Source: Eledone cirrhosa (lineage: Eukaryota). Taken from it: 64,000 nt of DNA. The stretch lies in the NCBI GenBank assembly GCA_964016885.1, contig OZ024757.1, positions 23,560,001 through 23,624,000 on the forward strand, read 5' to 3'. How positions within the stretch are numbered: position 1 is the first letter of the stretch; each line of letters opens with the position of its first letter. Positions 12,985 through 27,043 of the stretch are shown here, piece after piece. The notes beneath the pieces are model-generated. The model worked only from the letters and a program-made list of their open reading frames with translations, was not told where the DNA came from and searched no databases. A program made the translations under genes and the position numbers.

Positions 12985-13715
12985 CATCATCCTCATCATC
13001 ACCGTTTTACGTCCGTTCTTCCACGCTAGCATGGGTTAGACGGGTTGTCCTGTTGTGGGCAGTGTCTGGTCGGCTGACCATGCATTGCTCATACAGGAAC
13101 TGATTTGGCTTGATTTCTACAGCTGGATGCCCTTCCTAACACCAACCTCATTTACAGTGAGTGCTGGGTGCTTTTTCGTGGCGCTTACACGTCCACTTTA
13201 CAGTGTGGGCTGGGTGCTTTTTTGCCGTGGCTCCTCCACGGCCACCTTGCGGTGGGGGGTGTGGGGGCATATTGTCTATATGCTTCAGCTTGTACCCATG
13301 GGAGGTCGGGTACTCTGTATTACTGCGTGACGCCAGAAGTCACGGCCGTGTGTCATTGCCTTTGAGAGGTGTAATTGGGTAAGGTCGGCTTTTATCACCT
13401 CATCCCAGGTCATCTTGGGTCTCCCCACTCCGCGGTTTCCATCAACTTCTAGTGCTCTGCACCTTTTTATGCAGCTGTCATCCTTCATACGCATCACATG
13501 TCCATACCAGCACAACCGCCTCTCCTGCACACAGCATTTGATACCTCTTATGCTCAGTCTCTCAATTCATTTATGCTTTGTCGTTCACGTATATTACTGT
13601 TACACATCCATCGGAGCATGCAGGCTTTGTTTCTCTCTAATCTACGTAAGTCTTCCACCTTCAGCGCCCAGGTCTCACTACCATGCAACATTGCTGTTCG
13701 GATACACGCATCATA
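12985..13715 (-). mobile_element. RTE LINE 3' fragment (ORF end plus 3' UTR)
   Basis: ORF 13285-13530: ERRLCWYGHVMRM...GVGRPKMTWDEVIKADL...RDFWRHAV, a typical RTE C-terminus. The same 3' UTR occurs at 17545-18020(-) and 55030-55295(+). Confidence 0.85.
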
Positions 13716-13934
13716 CAGTGGATGCCCTTCCTAACACCAACCTCATTTACATCTCATTTCTACAGCTGAGTAAACTAGAGCAATGTGAAATAAAGTGTCT
13801 TGCTCAAGGAAACAACACATCACCCGATCTGGGAATTAAACTCACAACCTTTCGATTGCAAGGCCAATGCTCTAACCACTAAGCCATGTGCCTCTATATA
13901 ATTACGATAGGTATTCTAGATAAATATCAACACT

Positions 13935-15103
13935 GTAACCCTTTTGTTATCACATTTCTAATGAAAGACACTTCCTATGATTTTCAATTAATTTTGAAAA
14001 TAATCAAGAATGTGTAGATATTGAGAAATATAACTTTCTCATTACTAAATTATGTTGAAAGGTTTTTAGATAAATATTAACACTTTAATACTTTTGTTGC
14101 CATATTTCTATTGAAAGACACTATCAATTAATCAAGACTGTGTAGGAATTTACTAATATAACTAACTTTTTTGTTATAAATTGGTATTTGGAATATGATT
14201 TAAAGGTTCTTACATAAAATTATGACAGGTTTTTAGATAAATATAAACACTTTAACCCTTTCATTACCATATTTCAAATGAAAGACGTCACAATTTTTAA
14301 TAAATTTTGAAAATAATCAAAATTATCTTTGTTGTTAATGAGCTGGTGTTTGAAACATAAGTGATTTTATGTAAAATTATGATAGGGTTTTTTTTTAGAT
14401 AAACACTAAGCCTTTCATTACCATATTTCTAATGAAAGACAATGACTTTCAATTAATTTTGAAAATGATCAAAAATGTGTATGTAGAGACTTAGTTATGT
14501 AACTAACTTTCTCATTATGAAGCTGATGTTTGAAACAAAGGTTCTTGCATACAATTATGTTGGAAGGTTTTTTAGATAAATATAAACACTTTAACCATTC
14601 CATTGTCATATTTCTAATGAAACACTGTTTTTGTCAATATTAAGTGGGTGTTTGGAACATAACAGATGATTTTAAATAAAATTACGATAAGTTACCATAT
14701 TTCTAATGAAAAACACTATCAATTAATTAAGAATCATTATCACCATCGTTTCACAGGCAGGGATTTAGTAATATAACTAACTTTCTTGTTATTAAGTTGG
14801 TATTTGGAACATGGCAGGTTTTTAGATAAATATAAGTGCTTTAACCATTCTGTTATGTTATTTCAAATGAAAGATACTTCAATTAATTTTGAAAATAATC
14901 TCCAATGACTTTCGGAAACGTTTTTTCATGCTCAGAGTTGCTGAAGCATGGAACAAACTACCTGCATCAGTTGTTACCTGTCGGGACACTGCATCCTTCA
15001 AAACTTCCATGCTTCCCGAAATTCACCAACACTATACAGCAAACATTTCTGTATCATAGAACTAGGGGCTTGGTATCATGTGGTTTGGTATCAAAATGGT
15101 AAA
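13935..15103. repeat. degenerate tandem array of the left part of a TTAA-type MITE, interrupted by a CR1 fragment (about 14900-15035)
   Basis: TAACCCTTT..TTACCATATTTCTAATGAAAGACAC...GGTTTTTAGATAAATATAAACAC recurs about every 150-170 bp. The CR1 piece reads RVAEAWNKLPASVVTCRDTASFK on the plus strand. Confidence 0.65.
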
Positions 15104-16049
15104 GTGACAACATTCTATTGTCATTGAGAACATTTTTTGGCAATCAGAATCAGATGATATAAAGGAAAGGTTAGAATAAAAATTGAAAACAGGTTTGTTG
15201 ACTAACGTTCTTGCTTTTTGAAGTTTTTTTTTCCTATATTATTATATTTCCTTATTATTCCAAGATCTATTTTAGTTAATCAAAGCTTAAGAAACAATCC
15301 AATAGCAGAGCAAAGACAAGGAATAGATACAGCAGATAAATTGGAAGAATTTTCCTAAGAAAGTTACCAGTAAAAACCAGTTTAATCTTGTTAAACTTGT
15401 AATAACCATTATAAAGTTTGTTTGTAGTTTGTTTTTATAATATAAACCAGAAAAATTCTTTGATCCTCTTATTCCTTCTTGTTTTATTTCAGATTCAACT
15501 GTATGTTTAGAATTCACTGAAAAAAGTCTAAATATCAAGATGAAATAAGAAAACTTTTAATGTGATTAGGTTTTCATTGTATGCAATCATTGTTGGAACA
15601 GAGTTAAAACTGAAATTCTTTCAACTGAAATTTCTTCCTTTTTCTAATTAATTGTTCTGAAAATAAATATCAAAATCTCGTAGATTCAATATTATGTGAG
15701 ATAATTATGTAAAATAAAGTGTTTAATGTGAAAATACAATAGTAAATATAAAGTAATGTAAATGCTAAATGTCTAAGGAAAGAATCGCTGGACAGATTTA
15801 ATGGGCAAAGCCAATTGGCAGGAGGCTCAGAGATAGACCACAAGCAAGATGGATGGATAACATCTATGAGTTCAGCAGGTATTCATTAGAAATTCAGATA
15901 GATTAATTGAAGATGGTTGCTGACGATAGGACTCTCTGGAAAGTATGTCTGAGGACTCTGTCTCATGAACCTCTCTGGCATAAGTGGGCAAAGAAGAAGA
16001 GTACAAATTCAAACTTAAGTTAATCCCATTTGCATTTTATGTTCTACAT

Positions 16050-16380
16050 CAGAGGTTCTCAAACTGTTTGGGCCATCGCTCCACTCACTGCCACATAAGA
16101 CCCTCAGCACGCCCAACCCTATTGCCAGAGAGACCTGCCTACACGCAAATCATAAATAATATATAACAAAGAAAATCGTTATTTTATATATTATAAATAA
16201 AATAATATATACTACGTATAAATAGATATATTTTTGTTTATTTTACTATATTTATATATAATATGTATCTGATATTTAATATACTATTATATCATCTCTA
16301 CCACCCTTTTAGGCCATAGTGACATCCTGGACCTTCTCAACGCCACAGCCCAGGGGTAGCGCCTACATTAAGAACGTCTG
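16050..16380. mobile_element. hAT-type MITE
   Basis: TIRs CAGAGGTTCTCAA / TTAAGAACGTCTG, with a perfect 8-bp TSD TTCTACAT at 16042-16049 and 16381-16388. Confidence 0.88.
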
Positions 16381-17181
16381 TTCTACATGATTTGTAAATG
16401 TATTTCTTTTGTTGTTGCTGTTTAGCCCAGGGTCAACCCTGATCAAGTACACATATGATCAAAAGCCTGTCATGCCTGTCTTTATAGAGATATCTATAAC
16501 TATATTATCCAGTTTATCCTGTAGGAGGAGAAGTGGTTAGTGAGTGAGTTTGAGCCTTCTTTTTCATGTGGTCTAGGTGTTTTGAGCAAAAAAATTCTAA
16601 AGTCTGTCTCAAGCCCAGAGGCTCATTAAGCTGGTGTTTATCCCAGTTTCCATGGTGTGAAGTGACTGAATATACAAGACTTCCCACTGGATAGGACACC
16701 AGCCCATCACAGGGTTAAATCCCCAGATATTACTGGTATTCATTTTCAACTGAGTATACTGGAGCAACATGAAATAAAATGTTTTGATCAAGAACACAGC
16801 ACATAACCCAGTCCAGGAATCGAACTCACAACACACTTACCAGGAATCGAACTCCAACACACTTACCACTTGAGAGAAAATTAGGAACCAGGGACCTATC
16901 ACACTATATATGACAAATACTAAGGTTTTTCTTTGCTTTCATCATCTCAAACAGACAGACAAACACATTCTAATATAAAACAGCTGAAAGTGTGATGACC
17001 TTGTGGCTAAAATTGTTGACTTTCACTGGAAAATAATGCTACCAGTTTATATATTGGCCGGGTACAAATTCGGTTGATAAATAAAGAAAATAGTTTTGTA
17101 ACATTGCCATTTTAACGATCACACAACAATACCAGAGCCAACCAAACACACACATATATATATATATATACACACACAGAT

Positions 17182-17212
<31 letters not shown>

Positions 17213-17503
17213 ACATACTTATATTTGTTTACATCTTTAATTTTCCTTTTTTAACTCCAGTCCTCAGCCTGATGACTGATTGTCTTGATTTCAACTGAAA
17301 CAAAAATAGCTCTGTGTGTGTGTGTGTGTGTGTGCCTGCATCTGTATGTATGTCTACATATGTGTGTTTATGTGTGTGTAACAGTGTATGTGTCTGGCCA
17401 GATGTCCATATGATTTGGCCACTCAACATTACAAGATGCCAATGCCAATATCAAACTGCCAAATTTCTACCCAGATAACCGCAATCATTCGGTGATGGAG
17501 ATC

Positions 17504-17534
<31 letters not shown>

Positions 17535-17544
17535 ATATATATAT

Positions 17545-18020
17545 ATCATCATCATCATCACTGTTGTACATCCGTTCTTCCACGCTAGCATGGGTTAGAT
17601 GGGTTGTCCTGTTGTGGGCAGTGTCCGGTCGGCTGACCTTGTCTTGCTCATACAGGAACTGATTCTGGCTTGATTTCTACAGCTGGGTGCTTTATTTCTA
17701 TGGCGCCTACACGTCCACTTTACAGTGTGGGCTGTATGCTTTTTTTCCATGGCGTCTACACGTCCACTTTACAGTGTGGGCTGGGTGCTTTATTTCTATG
17801 GCGCCTACACGTCCACTTTACAGTGTGGGCTGGGTGCTTTATTTCTATGGCGCCTACACGTCCACTTTACAGTGTGGGCTGGGTGCTTTATTTCTATGGC
17901 GTCTACACGTCCACTTTACAGTGTGGGCTGGGTGCTTTTTTGCCGTGGCACCTCCACGACCACCTTGCGGTGGGGGGTGTGGGGGCATATTGTCTATATG
18001 CTTCACCTTGTACCCATGGG
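17545..18020 (-). mobile_element. RTE 3' UTR copy containing a 49-bp minisatellite (about 5 copies)
   Basis: Unit CTGGGTGCTTTATTTCTATGGCGCCTACACGTCCACTTTACAGTGTGGG; the flanks match 12985-13300. Confidence 0.8.
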
Positions 18021-19337
18021 ATGTGTGTAATTATATATATAGAGAGAGAGATAGATATAAAGTACCAGTCAAGTACTGGGGGTTGAGTCAACCTCTATAT
18101 GTCTTTCTCACTTCCTCAGAAGATATCAGCCCTCTCCGGACCTAATGATGATATGGAACAGTGAAATTAAGATTAAAATCTTGCCTATCATTTGTTTTGC
18201 ATTTGTTCAGTCATCTACCAGAGCAATCTGTAATTCAACGATATGGGACACTGTTGTAGTTATTATTCCACAAACAATTTCTTATCATCATCATTTAACG
18301 TCTGCTTTCCCTGCCAGCAAAGGTTGGATGGGTCTACATAGCCCAAGTCAGTACTGAAGTGGGACTACTGACCTCCCAGACAGGCCATGGTGTCTGCATC
18401 TCAATTACATACGGTCATATCGAATGCAGAAGATAGGTTTGTCATGTCCTTGACACAAATTGAAGGGTTCTCCCAACCCCTTGTTTGGCAAGCTTTCTAC
18501 AGCTGGATGCCTTTCCTATCACCAACCATTTTATGGAGTGTACTGCCTGCTTTTATCATGAAGATCACCAACACTAGGGAGGTTGTCGTCTTTGACACAA
18601 CTGAAGGGTCCTCCCAATCCTTTTTTTGGCAAGCTTTCTACAGCTGAATGCCCTTCCGATCACCAACCATTTTACAGAGTGTACTGGGTGCATTTATCAT
18701 GTAGATCACCAACACTAGAGAAGCTACCATGTCCTTGACACAACTGAAGGATCCTCCCAACCCTTTGTCTGTCTGTCTGTCTTACAAATATTCTATTTCA
18801 CAAACAATTTCATTTCCTTCTTACAAATGTTCTATGCTATTTACAAATACATTTAATGCAAGTAAAAGCCATTCAATGTGCAGCATTTATTTTACAAAAA
18901 TACTGTTCAAGTATAAAAAATCCTGTACTGCCTTTTTAAGTACTAATGACATGCAAGAGAAATATTTATTTACCAATTTTTGAATAAATGATGCTTAGGC
19001 ATAGAATAGCTGATTTGTTTTGTATTGTTATTATATTTCATTTATTTTTTATTTAATATGAAATTCCATGACAAAGTCATGTTTATTTGTAAATGCCAAG
19101 GTGGAACTAGATAAATGAGAGAAATCAATGAAATGGGTCTATTACAATACATGAGCTTTAGGCGGGGGAAAAATCACTGAATGTCTGACATTCTCAGGAA
19201 AATATAAAAATAGCGACATAAATATCATGATATATATCAAATCAAATACATGAAAATGTTGAATTCATGTAAGCTACTTCATCACAGGGTTTTTAACTAT
19301 GAAAAATAGCCAAATAGCCAAACATGTTGGGTATATA

Positions 19338-19842
19338 CAGAGGCATAACTAGGGAAAATAGTGCCTATGGCAAGCAGTGAAATTGCACCCCTACCCAAAA
19401 ATCTGACACCCATCTTTTAGATAACCTTAAAATCAGCTCAAAGAAACCAATCACATTCTACAGGTATCCTTTATGCTTAGGTATACGTAAAATATTTTCA
19501 AAAGTGTTAGTGTATTTAAAGGGAGTGATCTGTGTAATACTGATCTTTGACAAATATTAAAACCCTATTAAAATACTTGACAAGTCATACTATGAGGTAT
19601 CCCTCTGTGATCATGTAGTTCCAGCACAGTATTTTTACCTATGAAGGCCTAATAATTTATAAAAATGGTTTAATGATCCAACTACCATAGTGTTAAAAGA
19701 TAATCAAAGACAGATCATACATCTGAAGAAGTTTCTTTTTTCACTCTCCACCGATTGTTTATCTGACTTTATAGAAAATACTTCTAGTCCAAGTGGCTCC
19801 CATGGCATGTACTATGCTTGCCATATCCTAGTTACACCTCTG
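19338..19842. mobile_element. hAT-type MITE
   Basis: TIRs CAGAGGCATAACTAGG / CCTAGTTACACCTCTG; 8-bp TSD GGTATATA / GGCATATA (one mismatch). Confidence 0.8.
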
Positions 19843-20809
19843 GGCATATAAGACCTTAGAGACTGTCCATTTTTTCCATTTCTAGGGGTCTATATACTCC
19901 ACTTGTTTGACTATTTTTCGTCATCATCCTGTTTTCCCACCTTTTACCAGTCAGTCATTTGTAAATATGAAGGGTTGTGAATGCACAGGTGAAACTCCAG
20001 TGTTATGAAACTCATCACCTTGCTATAATAAGGAGTATCTAAACTCTACTTCAGTATTGAGTATTAATTTTCAAATCCACCAATAATACACACACACACA
20101 TATATATATATCATAATCATCATCACCATTTAATGTCCATGCTAGCATGGGCAGGTTGTCCTATTTGAGGTAAGTCAAGGTCAGATGACCATGTCTTGCT
20201 CATGCAGAACCGATTTTGGCTTGGTTTCTATGGCTGGATGTCCTTCCTAATGCCAACCACATTTACAGTAAAAACTGGGTGCTTTTTGTCATGTCTCCAA
20301 CATGACCACTTTACATTCTGGGCTGGGGGTTTTGGTGGAAGGATGTGTGGGGATTAAGGAGGAGGGCATATGCACGGGTGTGAGGAGCAGAGTTCGAGTC
20401 CCATGTTTTTTTCCATCTCTAAGGGCTTATATGTCCAACTTGTTCAACTATTTTTCATATCTATAATATAATCTGAGTTGAATCAGCTTACTTAATGCTA
20501 ACATATATTCAATATTCGATATTTGTTCAATTTGTAAATATAACTGATTCAATATTTGTTCAATTCAATATTTGTTCAATGCTTTGTAAATATGACTGGT
20601 TCAATGTTTACATGAAAATATATTTGTGTAAGATAACTACAGCTTCTAGATTAACTCTATTGATACCAAACTGTGTGAAACAACCCCTGGTAATATAATA
20701 TGAACCTGTTTATTTTGAAGTGTTTTTTTATATTTATCTAGAAATCTTCCAACTGAAAATCTTTGTTATGTTTTGCTTCAAACAACAACATAATTATATA
20801 ACACTATTT

Positions 20810-21128
20810 CAATGTGTGTGAACGACCCAGCATGAATGTGTTGAGAGAGAAACTGTGTCTGAGAGGGATAGAATGTAGTGTGCGAGAGAGGAGACTGCGG
20901 TAGTATGGACATGTGATGTGCATGGAGGATGACCGATGGGTGAAGGAAGACGTGGTAGAGGTAGACATCGAAAAATATGGTGGGAGGTGGTGAGAACAGA
21001 CCTCAGATCGCTGAAGCTCTCAGCGGAGATGACGAAGGACCGTGACAAATGGAGAGATGCTGTGCTGAATAAGACCTGTCCCACCCTTGCAAGCAGGGAA
21101 AAGCGGACGTATGATGATGATGATGATA
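20810..21128 (+). mobile_element. RTE LINE 3' fragment (second RTE family)
   Basis: RERRLR*YGHV...GRGRHRKIWWEVVRTDL...DRDKWRDAVL, then CCCACCCTTGCAAGCAGGGAAAAGCGGACGTA(TGA)n. A shorter copy lies at 24258-24388. Confidence 0.85.
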
Positions 21129-22469
21129 TTATAAACCACAAGATAGCGAATTGGCAGAGTTGTTAGAACATCAGATAAAAAACTCTGTAGTATTCGTTTC
21201 AGATCTTTGAGTTCAAATTTCACCAAGGTCAACTTTGCCTTTTATCCATTCTAGGCCGATAAAAATAAAAAGTACCAGTCTCGTACTGGGGTCAATTCTT
21301 CATTTATAACTCTTTCTTACTTCCTTTTCCTCGCTCTCTATGTTTCTCTGGAAGAAATCTTCTGTATTCAGACCTGGAGAGGAGATGGGTTCCACCAGGT
21401 TTTAAAAATGGCCAAGAAATGCTGTATCTCAATATGGCACCCCTATGACTTCCTCAGGAGCTAAGAAACCGTCCATTATCATGAACCACATAATGTTAAT
21501 GCTAACTGGTTGGTATAAGAAAATAGAATTGTTTAGAGAAAAAATATTTCAGAGATACCTATTACATATAAAACAGCTTTTAACTCTTAACATCGTGTAG
21601 GTGTCACGACAAAAAAACACAGTCCACACTGTAATGTGGCCATGTAGGTAACACGGTAAAAATCTCCCAGTCCACACTGTGAACATGGTTGGTGTTAGGA
21701 AGGGCATTGAGCCATAGAAAACCTGCCAGACAGTCCTATACAAGCAAGATGACCAATCTTGCCCCAAGTTGGACAATTCCCGTCTAAACCCATGCTAGCG
21801 TGGAAGATAGACGTTAAACGATGATGATGATGATGATCCTGTATCACATAAAGCTGCAAAGTTTAAATCAGAATATAACTTAGATCACAAACCATGTGAT
21901 CCATTCTCCCTGACTCCTCTGGAAGAAATCGGCTGTGTTCAAACTTTGAAAAGGGGTTAGCTATGCTAAGTCTAAACAAATGCCAAGACATGCTGGATAC
22001 AACTTCGGCACCGCTACATCTCCACTAGGAGTTATGGAGTTACTGGTCCATGCATACGTATATATTTATGTATCTATGTGCGTAAGGTCCTGTAGCTGCT
22101 GATAGAGGCATAGGGGTGCCGTATTAACATATAGCGTTTCTTGGGCATTTTAAGCCTGACAGAGCCCATCCATCTCCAGTACTGAGTACAACAGATTTCT
22201 TCCAGAGAGAGAAAGAATCGACCCCAGTACTGGTACTTTATTTATCGACCTTGAAAGGATGAAAAGCAAAGTTGACCTCGACAGGATTTGAACTCAGTGA
22301 GCAGAGAGCCAGAACAAATGCCATAAAGCATTCTATCTGATGTGCCTCAACTCTGCCAATTCACCACCTATATATGAAGCTAAATAAATTGGACATAATC
22401 ATAACTGAGAGGTTAAGAAGCAACCAAGATGTTCTGGGATTAATCACACAGCATAATATATTGGATATA

Positions 22470-22812
22470 CATGGCTTAGTGGTTAGAACATTGGCCTTGC
22501 AATCGACAGGTTGTGAGTTCAATTCTCAGACCGGGTGATGTGTTGTTTCCTTGAGCAAGACACTTTATTTCACATTGCTCCAGTTTCTTCAGCTGTAGAA
22601 ATGAGATGATAGGGACTGAGGTCCCTATCATTCCACTGCAAAGTGGTCGTGGAGGTGCCACGGCAAAAAAGCACCCAGCACTCACTGTAAATGAGGTTGG
22701 TGTTAGGAAGGGCATCCAGCTGTAGAAATCAAGCCAGAATCTGTTCCCGTCCCACCCTTGCAAGCAGGGAAAAGCGGACGTAAAATGAAATGATGATGAT
22801 GAAATGATGATG
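22470..22812 (+). mobile_element. full-length tRNA/CORE SINE with RTE tail
   Basis: Same family as 9785-10247. Confidence 0.85.
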
Positions 22813-22899
22813 TCTTTTACCACAACCCCAGGTCGGCCAATTTTGGGAGTTAAAACTGGGTAGACAGAAACTGTATAGAGGGTGAGTGGAAAGAAACTA

Positions 22900-23100
22900 A
22901 CCATTCTGTAACATGTTTGGTTGACTGTGATACTTAGGAGAAATTCAAAGATCTCATATTTATGCAAGATGGGGTCCCTCCTCATGTTGCATAAACTGTT
23001 CGAGAGTGGCTTGATGTCCAAGGACATCAGCTGGGTCATCAAAGTCCACATCAATGGCCAGCCCTGACTTAATGTCATGCAATTTTATCCTGTGGAATGC
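22900..23100 (+). pseudogene. Tc1/mariner-superfamily transposase fragment (decayed)
   Basis: Translates IFMQDGVPPHVA*TVREWLD and, after a frameshift, QWP..SPDLMSCNFILW. These resemble the QDGAPPH and WPPRSPDLNP.DF.LW catalytic motifs. Confidence 0.7.
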
Positions 23101-23274
23101 ATTTGTCATATTCTGACCAAAAGCTGAGGATACACCCAGACTATTAAAAACACTGGTGGACAACGCTGGTGCCTTTGTAGAATTTTAACACTGTATTGTA
23201 CTTCTACCATTATACTGGTCAAAATAAAACATGTTTTATGAAAATCAACCAATAATTTATAAAGCTCTTCTTCT

Positions 23275-23720
23275 TCACCCACTTATTCCTGAGAGGGTCA
23301 TGAGGGCAGAGTCCTCAAATACTCCTTCCGGTGGGTCCTGTCAGAAGCAACCATCTCCAACTGATCCAGCTGGATCCCCAAGCAGGACCAGCCAAGCTCA
23401 TGGATGTTATCCAACCATCTTGCTCAGGGTTTACACCTGGGTCTCTTGTTGGTTGGCTTTGCCCATAAGATCTGTCCAGCAATCCTTTCCTAACACATTC
23501 TAAATACATGCCCATAGTATCGGAGCTGTGATCTCTCAATTCGGAGAAGTAGAAGCTCTACTTGGAGTGACTCTCTCATCTCTGAGTTACGCACTCTATT
23601 GAGTAATGTTACTCCAAAGATCCTTCGAAGGAACCACATTTCAGCCGCTTGTAATTGTGATCATATTCTTTTGGTCATTACCCAAGATTTCTGACCATAG
23701 ATAAGGGTTGACATGAATAC
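23275..23720 (-). mobile_element. RTE-like LINE 3' fragment (third family)
   Basis: Minus strand reads QAAEMWFLRRIFGVTLLNRVRNSEMRESL...RSQLRYYGHVFRM...ARWLDNI. Homologous pieces at 36750-37020 plus 37585-37680, about 7610-7710 and about 15780-15960. Confidence 0.75.
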
Positions 23721-26700
23721 CAAATTGAAGATATTATAATCAATGAGATCAATAATTGATTATAAAGTTATTAACAATCTTAAATACAGAGTTTCTTTTC
23801 ACCCATCCTGTAGAAATTCATTGGATGGATTATACTTCTAATTCAAAAGGTCCAGCTTCGTAACATATTGAGCCATGCTGCTTCTGCTTAAGATATACTC
23901 AGCCACTTACACATTAATTTAACAAATAACTGAATGCTCACTGCAAAAACTGGTGGAGATGTGGGCTCCATAAGCCATGTATAAGGCAGCTTGTCAAATA
24001 GCCTGTGACTCTGAATAAAATACGACTGTATGGGGTAGACATGGGTTCTGTAAGCAACGGAGAAGGCAACCTTTCTTGGAGAGCAGTCACTTTGAATAAA
24101 AACTGATACAGGGTAGAGAAGACCCTTCAATCTGGTATGATAACTTCTCTACTGCTGGTGGCATGAATAATGCACCCAGTAAAGTGGTTGGTGGTAAAAA
24201 GGGCATCTAGCTAGTAAAACCTTACCAAAATTATGTAATATATATATATAATGAGTGCAGGCCTCAGATTGTTGAAGCTCACGGAGGAGATGACAAAGGA
24301 CCGTGACAAGTGAAGAGAAGCTGTGCTGAATAGGACCCATCCCACCCTTGCAAGCTGGGAAAAGCATACATAAAATGATGATGATGATATATATATAAAA
24401 TATTTATTAGCTAAATAAAAGTGACTAAATTATATATGGTTAATTCAACGTCTATTTTCCATACTTGTATGGGTTAGACAAGCTATCATGTAATGATTTT
24501 AGGCAGGTTAGGTGACCATCTTTTGTTCATACATTCCGCTTTGAGATTGGCTTCTATAGTTGAATACTTTTCCTAATGCCACCCACATTAGAGCGTGGAG
24601 TGGATGCATTCCTTTGTGGCACCAGTACTGGGTGCTTTTTGTCATGGCAATAGCACTACCACTTTATGGAGTGGACTGGATGTTTTTCTTGAGGCACCAG
24701 CACTACCACATTACAGGGTGGACTGGGTGCTTTTTTGTGACACCAGAAATCCCACCTTGCAGGATGGAATGGCTGCTTTTGAGGCACCAGCACTACCAAA
24801 CTACAGGATGGACTGGGTGTGTTTTTTTATGTGGCAAAAGGACTTACCACTTTACAGGATGGAGTGGGTGCTTTTCTTTTTATTTTGAAACACCAGCACT
24901 ACCACTATACAGAGTGGACTGGGTGCTTTTTGTGGCACCAGCAATACTGCCTTTCAGTGGGGATTGGGTGATTTTTACATGGTAATAGGACTTACCACTT
25001 TCCAAGATGAACTGAGTGTTTTTTTATGGAAGTAACAATACCAACCTCCAGTATAAACAAAATATTTATAATCTATTTGTTGAAATTCTTTTTATTAATT
25101 TCTACCAATAACAATAGCTATATTTTCTTTAGAATGACATTTTATGTTTTTCTAGATTACTTTCTGAAGTATTGGCATCTTTTTTCCTATTTTCTTTAGA
25201 GATATTCACCACCTTAAACTAAGAATATTGTCTCTTTGAAAGCCTAATTTTAGATGTTTCAATTTTCTATAAACAGCTATATTTTATTTTGAATTACCAA
25301 CATCTTACCATGAATCAAAGTTTAAAGTGAGTCTCAAGCCCGGGGGCTCATCAGGCTGGTGCTTATCCTGGTTTCCTTGGCATTGAGCAACTAAGAGTAC
25401 AAGACCTCCCCCTGAACAGGACGCCAATCCACTGCAGGGTTAAAGTCTGTTTCAAGCACGGCGGCTCATTAGGGAGATGCTTATCCCGGTTTTATTGGCA
25501 TTAAGCAACTGGAACTAGAAAATTCCGCCCTGGGCAGGACGCCAGTCCATCACAGGGTTAAACCACCAGCTACTGCTGGTACTCATTTTCAGCTGTGTAA
25601 ACTGGAGCAACGTGAAATGAAGTGTTTTTCTAAAGAACACACCACTCACCTTAGTCTAAGAATAGAACCTACGACATTATGCTCGTCAGTTCAACAATCT
25701 ACCTAACCATTAACCCACTCGCCTTCACTGTGCCTGCTTCTCTGTGAAGCTTTTGTTTAATTGATTGTATGTACACAACTGAATCGAAATGAAATTTCTT
25801 TATAACAGTTATTTCCCTTGGGCGTGTTACAAAATAGTTATCTCCCTTGCATTATAAATGTTATGATATTGTATTAAATTGAAGTTAAATATATTATTTC
25901 GGTGGGTGGGAAAAACAGGACTTTAAAACCTATGAATATAAAATAATATGTTGCAGAAAAATGTATAAAACGGATTTATATATTTACAGAAACAATGATC
26001 TCCGATTTAGTCACAAGACTAGCAATTTGAAGCAGGGAAAAGTTTATTATATTCACCCTAAGACTTTACTGGTACTTTATTTTCTCAACCTCATATATAT
26101 TCAGAAATAATGATTTTTAATTTAGGGTCAAATAATTTGTGGAGAAGGGAAGTCGATTACATCAACCCCAGTACATGACTGGTACTTGATATAAATACAG
26201 AAATAGCAATATACTTCATTTCATGTTTTTCATTATAGGACTTGGTCCCTTAATCCTTTAGCATTTACATTATATTTACTATTGTATTTTCACAATAAAC
26301 ACTATCTCACATAATATCAATCTACGAGATTTTGATATTTATTTTGAACAGAAAGAGGTGAGAATTCTGGCCGGATACGTCCGGTTTAAATGCTAAAGCT
26401 GGATTTTGTTTTTTTCCAGAGTGGTCATAGCTGTAAAATAACTCCAATAACTCAAAGAAACCAGCGATCCTTAAGTTTTTTTTTTACACCAAACCACCTG
26501 AAATTAGCCCTACTTCTCTGATATTAACCTTTATGTTTTAAGGTGTTTAAGTTTGTGTTTTAAGGTATCGAATTAGCAGAGTCGTTAGAACATCAGCTAG
26601 AATGCTTTGTGGTATTTGTACCAGCTCTCTGCACTCTGAGTTCAATCTCGCTGAGGTCAACTTTGCCTTTCATCCATTCAAGATCGATAAAAAAAGTACC

Positions 26701-27043
26701 AGTCTAGTACTGGTGTTGATTCTTCCTCTATATCTCTTTCTCACTTCCTCTCTCTCACTTTCTCTCCTTCTCTGGAAAAAATCTGTTGTACTCAGGCCTG
26801 GAGAGGGATGAGTTCCACCAGGCTTAAAATGGCCAAGAAACACTGCATGTCAATACAGTGTCCCTACGACTCCTGAAAATTTGTGTTTAAAAACCTTTCA
26901 TTATAATTTTATGTAAGAACCTTTATGTAAAGATATGTTTCAAACACCAGCTTAGTAATGAGAAAGTTATTTTTCAAAATTCTTGATTATTTTGAAAATT
27001 ATTAGAAACACAGGCTACATATTTTATTAGAAATATGTTAGAA

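Noticed and set aside
23888-24130. 80-aa ORF in non-obvious sequence
   Set aside because: The plus strand shows only faint RTE-like remnants, too decayed to call either a gene or an element.
25340-25380. Minus-strand GAAAC...CTGATGAG in the SINE tail (also near 3750 and 30995), suggesting a type-II hammerhead
   Set aside because: Stems II and III cannot be paired convincingly around the core.
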